Shown here: in pieces, positions 1 to 11,509 of the stretch
How positions within the stretch are numbered: position 1 is the stretch's first letter
Layout: the number at the start of each line of letters is the position of its first letter
NCBI RefSeq assembly: GCF_006345805.1
Contig: NC_042997.1
Span: 3,410,001 to 3,474,000, forward strand
DNA from: Octopus sinensis
Taxonomy: Eukaryota
Reading direction: 5' to 3'
Length of the DNA: 64,000 nucleotides
Position numbers and translations under genes: made by a program
The notes under the pieces: model-generated
Told to the model about the DNA's origin: nothing
What the model saw: the letters and a program-made list of their open reading frames with translations, nothing else
Databases searched by the model: none

Positions 1-860
1 TAGTGTGTCAGTATGTTTCCGTACTCAAAAAGACGGAGGAGAAGAACGTTATGGAACAGCATTGTTTACTGTGTGACTTTCGAAAGAAAAGTACCACTAC
101 AGAAGCAATTGAGATTATTTGTGAAGTCTTTCCGGATGCAGTGAAAATTCGTACATGGCAGCTGTGTTTTAAAAGGTTTCGAGATGGTGACACTGTTATC
201 CAACTCCCCTCGCTCTCTAAAACCAATCACTCTGAATGATGACATTTTGAGTGAGACTCTTGTATCAGATCCACGTCAAGTCACCAGATATATGACGCAA
301 AATCAACAAACATCACAAGCAATTTGGGAAATGTGCTAAGAGGGAATTCGCGTTCCTCACGGGCTTGAGCTTGAGAATTGAACACAACATTGGCCGATGC
401 AACGCAAACAAAACTATATCTACAAAAATCCTTGCTCTGTGTACAGTGGAACATGAAATGTATCATTCATTAAGAGCTACAAGAATGTGAATTGGCCACC
501 AATGCAGATATATATTGCCAATAACTTGGCCGTGTAAATAAATAAAAAAATACGCAGAAAGAGGTGTAAAATGAAAAAGACGTTCTTCTCCCGCATGACA
601 ATTCTCGGTCACATTCGGGTAAACAAACCTAAGAAAAAATAAGTCCTATATAATGAAAAGTTCTTCCATACCCTCACTTCACTTCGGTTTGCATCAATCA
701 CATTTTGTAATAGGCAAAACATTCAGAAAGTAGGAAGCTGAAAATAGTCCTTCAGACAGTTTTTCGGAAGAAGAAATAGGTTTCTTTGAACGTGGCATAT
801 AAAAGTTACGTTCCCGTTGGGCTGTAGTCGTTGTAAACGATGGTGATTAGTGAATACATT
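1..860 (+). mobile_element. Degenerate mariner (DD34D, Mos1-like) transposase relic
   Basis: ORF 3..239 resembles the mariner N-terminal HTH (HCLLCDFRKK...EAIEIICEVF...FKRFRDGD). Downstream frameshifted remnants match mariner motifs LCVxWN, HDNxRxH (catgacaattctcggtcacat), LPHPxxSxxLAxxxxHxF and the C-terminal GIxKLxxRWxxVVxxxG. Many stops and frameshifts. Confidence 0.85.
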
Positions 861-898
861 CTTGATTAAAACTATTAAGATAAATGTATTTTTATTTA

Positions 899-947
899 TT
901 TCATCTAGTTTCAGCTAACGAGCTGTGGCTATGTTGAGGCACCGCCA
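899..947 (-). mobile_element. SINE 3' tail fragment
   Basis: catctagtttcagctaacgagctgtggctatgttgaggcaccgcc. Related fragments at ~43278-43322 (same orientation) and ~42248-42292 (opposite orientation). Confidence 0.55.
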
Positions 948-1009
948 TTTAGTTTACATTTATATTCACATACTTTCTGGTAAAATTCAATTACTTTTCC
1001 AATACTTCC

Positions 1010-1132
1010 ATCAGGATAAACTTCAACTGCGTGGCAAATTTGGCAAATGTTTTCTACAATATCGTGAGACTCAACAAAGATATGCGAGTGGATTTGGTAG
1101 ACGGAACCTGAAAGAAGACTGTTGTGTATATA
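1010..1132 (+). mobile_element. tRNA-headed SINE fragment (family C, 'gagtggatttggtagacggaaactgaaagaag' tail)
   Basis: Matches the more complete copy at 41597-41760 and reverse copies at 37731, 38078 and 45395. Confidence 0.65.
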
Positions 1133-1223
1133 TATATAATATTAGGGAGTAAATCCAAACTTACAGAACAAATTAGATTTCGGATTAAATCTAATGTTAT
1201 AGTTTAAATATATATATTGAATT

Positions 1224-1377
1224 AGAGATAAAACCACTATTAGGCAAATCAGACAGTGAAAATCATAAAGCAATACATAGAAAAAATTAATTAATAAAAA
1301 ATATAAAATATAAAATTCAAAATTTAAATTATTGAGATTAATAATTTATACTTATAAATTTATATTTATATATATAT

Positions 1378-1410
<33 letters not shown>

Positions 1411-1416
1411 GTATAA

Positions 1417-1495
<79 letters not shown>

Positions 1496-1588
1496 TATTA
1501 TTATTATCATTATTAATATAATTATTATTATCATTATTATTTTATTATTATTATTATTATTATTATATTATTATTATTATTATTATTA

Positions 1589-1623
<35 letters not shown>

Positions 1624-2772
1624 ATTATTATTATTATTCTATATATATTTTTTCATTTATTTAACATTTTAAAAAAATATAAATAACTATCAAAATGTAT
1701 TACAAGTTTAATATAAGATAAAGAGTAAAGCCACTACGATCGTTTCATGTCCATAAACCAATTCGAATAACAATAATTTAAATTCAATTAATAATTCGAA
1801 TTATGGTAATAGTCAATATTCAGGTTAATTATAATATTTAAATAAATAATCAGAAATATCTAAACGATATTTTTTAATAAATAAATAAAATAATGCATTT
1901 TCTTTTAAAAAACTATATTATAAAACTAGTAACTTAACGATTATGATTATGTCATACAATCGATTATAATGTTAAATATTAATTTTTAAGTATTAATTTT
2001 TAAGGTAAGAAACCAACAAATAATCTAATATCAGTTATAGTGAATATCTAATTATATACATATTTTACAACAAAAAAAAAACTATTCATATTATTAAATA
2101 TAATTTCAAGTCAAATAATTATATAATATTTGAATAATAAATAAATTATCAATGAAAATATATAAATTTATATAGATATTAGAATTAAAATCTAAAATTA
2201 TCTCTATCAATAAATATATAAGCACGTATAATAAAGACCTAATAAATTAATTATTCATTATTACTTATAAAATATTAAAGATTAAAAGATTAAAGATGAA
2301 ATAGCTAAGTGTAAAAAAAACAACAAACAATCTTAAACGAACGCTATAACAAATTAACGTATTATATATCTCTTTGGCTAAATAATAACTTTCAAAAATC
2401 GTATAGTTACAATAAAATAATAAAATACTTAGTGAAATAATCAATCCGTAGTTACATAGTACCAAATAAATACTACAAATACATTTATCAATGGGAATAA
2501 TTGTACTATCAATTACCATTTTAAAAAATCAAGATATAACTTATAATAACAATTATAAGAAATTTAAAATAACTATCAACAAATATAGTTATTTACGACT
2601 AAAATTTATGCTATAAATACATGTATATACATGAAACCTAACTTTAAAAAACACGTATAACAGTTAAAGAACTATATATTTTATACTTTTTATTAATTAT
2701 TTTTTTTTTTTTTTTCTGTGTATTGGTTTATGATTTTCACTGTTTGATTTGCCTAATAGTGGTTTTATCTCT
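1224..2772. mobile_element. ~1.55-kb element bounded by 63-bp inverted repeats (MITE/DNA transposon or inverted PLE termini)
   Basis: 1224-1286 (agagataaaaccactattaggcaaatcagacagtgaaaatcataaagcaatacatagaaaaaa) is the reverse complement of 2710-2772 with 3 mismatches. Interior is extremely AT-rich, includes an (ATT)n array and has no intact ORF. TA-rich flanks. Confidence 0.75.
1390..1640. repeat. Imperfect (ATT)n/(TAA)n microsatellite
   Basis: Visible trinucleotide array preceded by (TA)n; source of the spurious poly-L/Y/I ORF 1332..1664. Confidence 0.95.
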
Positions 2773-2790
2773 CTCTCCCTATATGTATAT

Positions 2791-2831
<41 letters not shown>

Positions 2832-2968
2832 TAATATGTTCAATAAGAAATAATTATTTTCGAAATTTTTTCTCTTATGAGGTTTTTACGCTATCTACCT
2901 GACAATTTCTTGTTAAGTTTTCCTTATTAAGTAGTTGTCCTTAATTGCTATATATATATATATAGTGA

Positions 2969-3288
2969 GGGCGCGTGGCTTAGTGGTTAGGGCATTCGTC
3001 TCATGATCGTAAGGTTGTGAGTTCGATTCCCGGCGACGCGTTGTGTCCTTGAGCAAGACACTTTATTTCCCGTTGCTCCAGTCCACTCAGCTGGCAAAAA
3101 TGAGTTGTACTTGTATTTCAAAGGGTCAGCCTTGTCACTCTCTGTGTCACGCTGATTATCCCCGAGAACTACGTTAAGGGTACACGTGTCTGTGGAATGC
3201 TCAGCCATTTGCACGTTAATTTCACGAGCAAGCTGTTCCGTTGATCGTATCAGCTGGGACACCCGTCGTCGTAACCGGCGGAGTCTTT
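2969..3288 (+). mobile_element. Near full-length tRNA-derived SINE (family A) with CORE/V-like central domain
   Basis: Pol III box A tggcttagtgg (~2976) and box B gttcgattccc (~3021); central gttgtgtccttgagcaagacacttt; tail shared with 23625-23775; inserted in (TA)n. Confidence 0.85.
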
Positions 3289-3305
3289 AAGTATATATAT
3301 ATATT

Positions 3306-3369
<64 letters not shown>

Positions 3370-4106
3370 CAGTTAAAAGAAGAAAAGAAAATGGAGATAA
3401 GAGATATTTATCATTAAGAAATTGATCATGTTCCTCAGTAATTTAGTTACAAATTTGTACATTGAATTTGCACTTATGTGACAAGAGCTCAATTTCGTCG
3501 GAGAAAGAAATGTAGCTTGGGATGTTATATGTAGACGTATGTAATGAGCAATATGAGCAAATTGTTAATGGTAAATAATTGTTAACTTCCTTATCTTCAT
3601 GTTTCTCGTCATTAACTGCATGTAAACTATAGGCTTAGTATATATGCATCGTTTTAAGCCAATCACTTTGATTCAAATCCTTTGTTACGCTTGAGTTTCA
3701 AACGCGATAAGAGACTTCAGTCAAACTGATTTTACCCATAAATATAATGTGTGTGTGCGTGAGAGAGAGATAGTTATCTACCTGTCTAACTATCTATTTC
3801 TCTCTCTCCGTCTCTCTCATGCTCTCTCTCTATATATTTATGATATAGGTAAGGACATTATTGTTTACAATAATATCAAGTGGTATAGCATGTGTAAATA
3901 AGAATCAAGGTAACATCACAAGATACATAATTAGTAATTAATAATTAACGGTGCTACAAGAGGAACCAATATGCTAAACATAGCAGCCAGAAACGAGTAA
4001 AATCACAAAATTTTATTTTCTTTAGCCTTATCTGTAATTCTCTAGCTAAATACATGCGCATAATATACAAGGTGCGGCAGAAATATCTCCCAGATTTTAT
4101 ACTTAC

Positions 4107-4258
4107 ACCACCACAAAATCCATAGTCAAAGAAAGTATGGAATGCTGTAGCCTTATTTCCTGCCTGTACATCACCAGTCACGGCATGGCCAGTTTTGATT
4201 TTAACAGGCTTTGAAAGCATATTGATCGCAAACCTAGTGGACACGTTCCTTCCAAAAT
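4107..4258 (-). CDS. Candidate internal exon (152 nt), product unknown
   Basis: Acceptor ccttctttcttcag|, donor GGT|gtaagt, one open frame: xFGRNVSTRFAINMLSKPVKIKTGHAVTGDVQAGNKATAFHTFFDYGFCGG. No recognised homology; competes with an overlapping + strand candidate. Confidence 0.25.
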
Positions 4259-4271
4259 CTGAAGAAAGAAG
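4208..4271 (+). CDS. Candidate internal exon (64 nt), product unknown
   Basis: Acceptor ttttgattttaacag|, donor AAG|gtaagt; reads xFESILIANLVDTFLPKSEER; phase-compatible with 5529-5644. Confidence 0.25.
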
Positions 4272-5528
4272 GTAAGTTCATGAATCGAATGTGTGTCACT
4301 GAACTGTTCCAATATGAAATCATTTACTCTAACCGTCGTACTGCAGGCACTGCAGTATTTCGCAATGCAGCTCCTGCAGACGGGAGCTAAAATGGGATTC
4401 AGTGATGAAAGGCTACCAGTATTTAGTGATCAATCATCTCGTAAGATTTGGTTTGTTCTAAGTTTATCAGAGTCACAGCTATGCCAGGTCTCTAGCCCAC
4501 TTCTGTAAGCAGTATTGCAAGAGAGGAAATTTTTTGCCGAAATTTTTTTCTCACTACCGACAAGAAACATCAACCTCATTACTTACATCTCCGGTAAAAC
4601 CTTAGTCTGCACGCAACAGAGCTATGCGCTAAAAATTAATCATACTCAGTCCATACGCACCAAGACCAACGCACATAAATATGTGCATTACCACGTCGAT
4701 TTACAACCATTTGGGTTGGCACTCATACTGGAGACCTCCAGGTTTATAGTTTGTCTATGTTTCCTGTTTTTGCCTCCAACCAATTATTTGGCTGTAAATG
4801 TTTAGAGTGACACACATGTAATATATGTCCAGTATATCACTTATCAATATAATGCTCAAAAATCATTTTATAAATTTTTGCATAAGGAGATTGAAATCTA
4901 GGAAGAGAAAAGTGGCGTATAAAGATTGAATTGCTTATATGCATTGTTGAGTATAACGTTTCATTTACCGAAAATATCAACATATCAATAAGACATATAA
5001 CACAAATTTGATTAAAATATATTTTACATAGTGTTCAATTGACTAAAATTAGCATTTAAATGAAATTGAAAATTCATTTAAATAACTGGATTCTTATTCT
5101 AAAATTTACCTCGCAGTTTCAAGGAAAAGAGCTCTTTTCTAGAAATCCATTATGGTTAGCACAATGAACGTAAACAAGATAAAAAACAAGAAATATTGGA
5201 TTGAGGTCAATAATGTGATGATGTATAACTATAGCAAAGTTGCAGGTCAACTTTAAAATATCATAGAAAATTGTGGTTCTTCATGTGTAGACTTGCGGAA
5301 ACAGTAGTTGCATAATTTTACTTTCTTATAATACGCTATGTTGAGGGAAAAGGGTGAGATGAAAGAATCGAAATATTTATATTGCATATAAGCTCTCTTT
5401 TCTTGTAAAGATTTTCTTAAGTATGCTAAAAATCATAGAAATTTGCACTAAAACCTGCATCTGAAATTCAGTTATAGGAATAATTTATTGTTGCAACTTT
5501 AGAAGCAAATCACAAACAATTATAACAG

Positions 5529-5644
5529 ATTTTTCTCGCATCAACGGGTTCTACAAGGTGATGTAGGTAAAGATACAAATCATATTACGCTCCCCATACT
5601 CGTTCTTGATGACCCTTCCTATCTCCATAGAACTGTTGAAAAAA
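5529..5644 (+). CDS. Candidate internal exon (116 nt), product unknown
   Basis: ag|A...AAAA|gtatgt; reads FFSHQRVLQGDVGKDTNHITLPILVLDDPSYLHRTVEK. Acceptor is weak. Confidence 0.2.
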
Positions 5645-5783
5645 GTATGTAAGAGAATATAGATTAGATGTAAATCTTTCAGTATAAAGCTTTTATCTAA
5701 AGCAACTCTTCATCTAAAGTGTTTTTATACGCCATTTTAAGCATTATTTTTTTAGAGATCAGTAACAGTCACATTATCCAAAA

Positions 5784-5902
<119 letters not shown>

Positions 5903-6083
5903 GATAAGCGTTTCCATTACAGTGTTCATTTAAATACATATGCATTTTTGTATATATATATGTAGACACATATATATATATATATATATAGACAAAATGA
6001 TATATACGCATACACATATACTCACTCACACACGTATATATACGTACATTTATGTGTTTATATATATACGTACGTGTATATTA

Positions 6084-6137
<54 letters not shown>

Positions 6138-6949
6138 CAACTTCTCTTCCTCCCACCCAGAACACACCAAGCTTTCCATCCCCTATTCCCAATTCCTCCG
6201 TCTACGTAGGCTCTGTAGTGACGACCATGACTTTGAGACTCAGTCTCAACGTATGGCTCACCACTTCACCCTACGTGGATACCCCCTCACCACTATCCAC
6301 ACCGCCCTTGCCAGAGCACGGTCCGTGGACCGTGTATCTGCTCTCTCTCCCCGAACCCGCCCTGTAGTCTCCCGCCTCCCTTTTCCCCTCACTTACCACC
6401 CCACGACCCTACGTCTCCAACGCACCATTCTTCGAGCTTTCCGTCATCTCCAGTCCGACCATCCACTTCACACCTCTTCCCTAACCGACCCCTCCCCTCT
6501 TTCAAACGAGCCCACAACCTTCGAGACCTTTGGTCCATAGCTCCTTCCTGACCCTACCTCCCAACCCGGCTCGTTCCCCTGCTCCCGCCCACGTTGCCGC
6601 ACTTGCCCTTACCTCTCCAACACCACCCGCCTCACTAGCACCCACCATCGACCCTATCCCATCATCCACTCCTTCACCTGCACCTCCAGCAATATTATCT
6701 ATTGCATCTCTTGCTCTCTCTGCAATCCTTGTACGTCGGACAAACGGGACGCCGCTTGGCTGACCGGTTCGCGGAACATCTTCGTGACATCCACCTTGCG
6801 AACGACACACCGGTCTCACGCCATTTCCGCTCCACCGGTCACTCCTTGCAACACCTATCTGTGTTCGGTTTGTCCTTACACAGAGGCCATCCGGATTCCC
6901 GTTTGCGCCGTGAACAGGAATTAATCTTCTCTCTTCGCTCTTATACGAC

Positions 6950-7290
6950 ATTTGGTCTCAACTCTCCCCCCTCCTCATCTTACCTCACCCCCCTCCTCAA
7001 CTATCCTTTCTCCCCCCGACCCCTACTTCTTCAGTCCTTCATCCTTTCACCCCTACTCCCCTTCCCTTCTTCCCTCTTTCTCCCTCCCTCTTCCCCTTCC
7101 CTCTTCTCCCTCACTCCCTCTCTCACCTTCTCTCTCCCCCTCTCCCTCTTTCCTCATTCATCCCCCTCATCCCCTTCCTTCTCCCCATCCTCTCCTCTCC
7201 CCCTTCTCCTCTCCCTCTTCTTCCCATCCCCTTCTCTCCCCCCTCTTCTCCCCCTCTCCCTCTTCTCCCCCTCTCCCTCTTCTCCTCCCT
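6950..7290 (+). repeat. Polypyrimidine (CT-rich) low-complexity tract
   Basis: Almost exclusively C/T for ~340 nt. Confidence 0.95.
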
Positions 7291-7334
7291 ACACCACATG
7301 ACTTTACACATCACATCACATATGATGTGCCATA

Positions 7335-7660
7335 CTAATACACACACCAACTAATACATACTAATACGTACTAATACATACTAGTACATACTAATACTTA
7401 CACCAACCCTATACATACACACGTCCAGACCCCGCATACGCACTTATACTCTCTCACACACACACACACACACCTATACATACCAATACGTACTAATACA
7501 TACTAATACATACTAATACATACACCAACCCCATACATACGCACGTCCAGACCAATCTTCCGCACTAATACTCTCTCATACACACACACACACACACACA
7601 CCCTTATACATACTAATACATACACCAACCCTATACATACACACATCCAGACCCCTCCCA
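7335..7660 (+). repeat. Compound minisatellite, 3 units of ~100-120 bp built on catactaata
   Basis: acaccaacccyatacatac..cacgtccagacc recurs at ~7401, ~7522 and ~7623, with (CA)n and catactaata subrepeats. Confidence 0.85.
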
Positions 7661-7838
7661 CGCACTTTTAGCTGGTCCCTCAAACCTTTTATCAACCCTA
7701 TTATCTCCCCTTATTTCGCTCTCGCGTCTCATGTTTGATCTTTGACCTCTGGCCGAAATCAGATCGCCATGTTGATTCATTAGCTACTGCACGCATTTTT
7801 TTTCTCTCCTTCTTTCTGTGTTTTTCTCTCTCTGTGTA

Positions 7839-7876
7839 TCTTTCTGTTGAAGAGCGTCGGCTCGAAACGTTAAAGA
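7839..7876 (+). ncRNA. Minimal type-I hammerhead ribozyme-like motif in PLE pseudo-LTR
   Basis: UCUUU-CUGUUGA-A-GAGC(GUCG)GCUC-GAAA-CG-UU-AAAGA: helix I UCUUU/AAAGA, helix II GAGC/GCUC, palindromic ACGU helix III. A6 is replaced by U. Confidence 0.65.
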
Positions 7877-10755
7877 CTTGTTTTATTTATATTTCCTGAG
7901 CGCCATACTAATACAATTGTTCGTTTGTTTTCCACCTGCCTTCGTCTTTTGTTTATTTTCATAAAGCTTCCCGTTATATATATATCAATATAAGTATACC
8001 CTCTATGACCTTTTATACTATGGATGTATTTGTTGGTACTTGTAATTTGGATGTAATTCTACATCCCTCCATTTAATACCATTCCTCCACTTTGAATAGG
8101 CATTAATTATCCCTACACATTTAAGAACAACATTACCGTACGTTTTACTTATTTATTTTATTTTATTTAGTATATTTTATTTTATTATGTTTTATTGTAC
8201 TCAATGTGTAGCCTCTTCCATCATACATTGTATCGGTCTGAATGCACATGGTACTATGGTACATGTGCTTATCAGGAGTTATTTTTAAAATTTGGCTTTA
8301 CTATGGAGGACTGTAAATGTAACCTGTTGATTGAACTAGTATATCTGAACTCACTTATAGTCAATATAAGTTTTTAATTTATAATTCTTAAATTATTAGA
8401 TTTCATGATATGAGCAATCTAATTTTTGGGTAAAGTAATGCATATTAAGAATACTTGGTAATTTGTTTGAATATGAAATATTTATTCATAATATTAATTT
8501 ATTATTGGACCTAGTATAAGTGAACCCAATTAAGGTTAATTTAATCTTGAATTAATATATTTAATTTTGAGAACTATCTAACTTTAATAATAATGTAATG
8601 TTTTTAAGCATATTTAGTATACTCTTCTGATTTTAGGGTACCAAAATGATAGTATTTTCTTAAATACCTTTATACATATAATTATTACCACAATTTGCTA
8701 TATATGAGGTTAAGTTCAATTTCATTTCCTAGTAGCCTTAATTGAATCGCTGAATGACCTGCACGAATATAATTTTTTAGCAGATTTTCAATAGATTCTT
8801 TGTAATACCTGTACGAGTTTCCTCCCCTCAACTAGAGTTCTAGCCTCCTACTGCCCGTTTAACAGTTTTTTCTCAAGTATGTTATATCGATAAGCTGCAA
8901 AGGTACTTAAGCGGCCCCGTACCAATTATATCATTGGCCGCTCCCACGAATCATTTACTTATTTTCTTATTTATTTTATCTTTATTTACATATCCATTGC
9001 GATGGTTTTAACTTATGCCCTCGGTCCAAATAAAATCGACTAATTGTAGAGATCGTTGCACTTAACCTGTCTCATTGTGGACAACAGGTGGGCTTCTCTG
9101 TAATATTTCTGTGAGTATACTATTTTAAGCACCATATGGTAATATTTTAGATACATTCTAACTTAAGTTTTTTCGTTAGTATAGGTAATACCCACTGAAA
9201 GTAATGTTAGTATGTTTCCTGGTGTTATTATTTTCTTGATAATTTATTTTGAAAACTTTCAAAACATCTTGGTTCCCCTTTACATTGGAATAACCCATAA
9301 TATTTTGTTTTTACTCCCTAGATCAGTAATAGTTCACTGTCTTAGCTATGGATTCCACAACCCTGAGATGGTAGATTATATGCTATTAATATTTTGGGCA
9401 TCCGGATTTCTTTTCTAGGCTGTGTTTTATTTCCTATTCCTTCTTCCATTTGTTTATTTTGGATGCTTTTGTTTTACTCCAATGAAGCACCGTGGCATGA
9501 TTCAACTGTCCTGTGAAGATGGAGAATTTTATTTTCGCAATGAATTGTAAACATTGATCGGTACTGGATGCAGAAACGGCCGATATATTTGTTATGTCAC
9601 ATAAATGTTACATCTGTTTTGCATTAAGTAAGCTATAAATGTGGTCCAATTGATGTGCTTGTTCATCAAAGATTTTCTCCATTTTCTAATTATTTATATG
9701 TTTCCTAATAAACTTTTGATTATTCCGTTGTTCCATGTACACTACGAGCACAATGTGCCTGCAACCCCATGCCCAGAGACAACATCGGTAACGGATACTG
9801 ATAGTATATACGGATATTTTATCCCTTAGTCGGTTATCATACCTGCTAACTCTGCTCACACACACATTCACACACATCTATAAAACATGTGAAGATGTAT
9901 ACATATGTATATATTAGACATGTATATATATATATTTATACATGCATACATATACGCATACACTCACTCATACATATACACGCATATATGGATAGATGCA
10001 CATACACACTAATATAATTAGATGGTTGTGATGTTCAAGTATGAGTGAGGAATTAGATAGGGGTTAGGAGTTAGAATGTAGATTTATAGGCTATTTGGAT
10101 TACCTAACGGGTATTGTGGAAATGTACTGTATAGTCGTTTGGATTTGTGGTAGAATTTGAATGTGTGAAAAAAGGCAGTGGTTGCATGTGCTTAGTGCTT
10201 CGTTATGTTTATTTAGCAGTGCTGGAGAATTTTGCTTTAACATATGAAGTGCATACTTTTGGCAAGGCTTGCAGGTTGGGCGTTCACCTGGGTAGGGAAG
10301 TCTCGAGTCCAGTATGGACCATGATAGAACATTGGGTACATTTGTGTTTTTGAGATGAGGTATGTGGTTGGCGAGTGCTATAGATTTACTATGTTTATCG
10401 TATCTAAAGAAAGGGAGGGGAGTGGCATATCGTTGCTTAAAGGTTTTCGTTCATCCTATGTATATGGCTGTAGAGTTGTGTAATAGATTAAGGACCGTGC
10501 ATTTGTAAATTACATTATATCTTCTGCAATGGGTTGTAACTGGCAGATGGCACCAGGACGGCACTTACAATTAGTGAATTTGGGGACCGTGTTCAGTGAT
10601 AGAGGACATAGTCTCGTCAGAGGAGAGGTTATAGAAGGGATGAATATATTATTATTATTATTACTATTATTATTATTGTTATTATTATTATTTTTATTAT
10701 TATTATTATTATTATTATTAATATTATTATTATTGTTATTATTATTATTATTATT

Positions 10756-11470
10756 CAGTAGTTTTATTTTTATAGCGTGCTTTCACTTCACTACCGAGCG
10801 CAGCTCTGTGTGCCTTGGGTATGTGCTGTGATTTGTTGTGATGCTCTGATGGTTATTGTATGGAAAGTGCTCTGCGTAGGATGTGTGCAGTGCCTAGTAG
10901 TGCAATTTTCTGTATGATATATGTGTTTGTAAGTCCTGGTGTTTTTGTTATGTATTTGTCTGAATATTTTTTTATCATGCCTAATGCACCTACTATGATA
11001 GGAATTGTTTCTGTTTTCAGATTCCACATTCTAGTTACCTCTATTTCCAGGTCTTTGTAGTTTGAGAGTTTCTCCATTTCTTTTAGAGACACGTTGTCAT
11101 CTGCCGGTATTGATACATCAATTAGAAAGCATTTTTTTCTTCATGTTCTCTGACAACTATATCTGGTCTGTTGGCCTTAATTTCTCTATCTGTGTATCGG
11201 CATATCCCAGAGTATTGTTGCTTTCTCGTTTTCTGTAACCTTTTCTGGTGTGTGCCTATACCATCTTTTTTCTGTTGTTATTCCATAATGTTGGCATAGC
11301 TTCCAGTGTATGTAGGTTCCAACTCTGTCATGTCTGTGAATATATTCCTTCATAGCCAGGACTGGGCAGCTAGAGATAATATGATTTATTGTTTCTTGTC
11401 CATCTCAACATATTCTGCAGTTACTTGTAATATTTCTTTTCATTACATGTTTTGGGTAATTTCTGGTGGG
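10756..11470 (-). mobile_element. R4/Dong-like RLE non-LTR retrotransposon, 3' fragment inserted in (TAA)n
   Basis: Near-continuous frame with one stop: CRIC*DGQETINHIISSC (CCHC knuckle), KEYIHRHDRVGTYIHWKLC, RPDIVV...CFLIDVSIP (PD..D nuclease), EKLSNYKDLEIEVTRMW...PIIVGALG...LLGTAHILRR. (ATT)n on both sides (10644-10755 and 11471-11535). Confidence 0.92.
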
Positions 11471-11471
11471 A

Positions 11472-11509
<38 letters not shown>

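Larger units (their letters stand above)
6133..7978 (+). mobile_element. 5'-truncated Penelope-like element (RT thumb/linker + GIY-YIG endonuclease + 3' pseudo-LTR)
   Basis: [29 protein letters not shown] (post-RT PLE motif). Across -1 frameshifts: PCSRPRCRTC...FTCTSSNIIYCISCSLC...YVGQTGRRLADRFAEHLRDI...REQELIFSLRSYTTFGLN (GIY-YIG). Followed by a CT-rich tract, a minisatellite and a pseudo-LTR. (TA)n at both ends. Confidence 0.92.

Noticed and set aside
1660-2700. Possible NUMT (very AT-rich, mitochondrial-like composition)
   Set aside because: No mitochondrial gene, rRNA or tRNA motif recognised, and the stretch lies inside the 63-bp inverted-repeat element. BLAST against the mitogenome would settle it.
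2969-3040. tRNA genes at SINE heads (also 13268, 23860, 41597)
   Set aside because: Box A and B are present but there is no complete cloverleaf, and each continues into a SINE body.
3486-3536. Extra upstream plus-strand exon (LNFVGERNVAWDVICR), phase-compatible with 4208
   Set aside because: Poor acceptor (tgacaag), in-frame stop just upstream, and equally plausible alternative frames.
4208-4271. Resemblance of FESILIANL to the Cys-loop receptor M3 helix (chemotactile receptor idea)
   Set aside because: Too short, and no other Cys-loop motifs were found in the window.
8000-9500. Possible degraded retroelement
   Set aside because: No diagnostic motif could be read in any frame; left unannotated.
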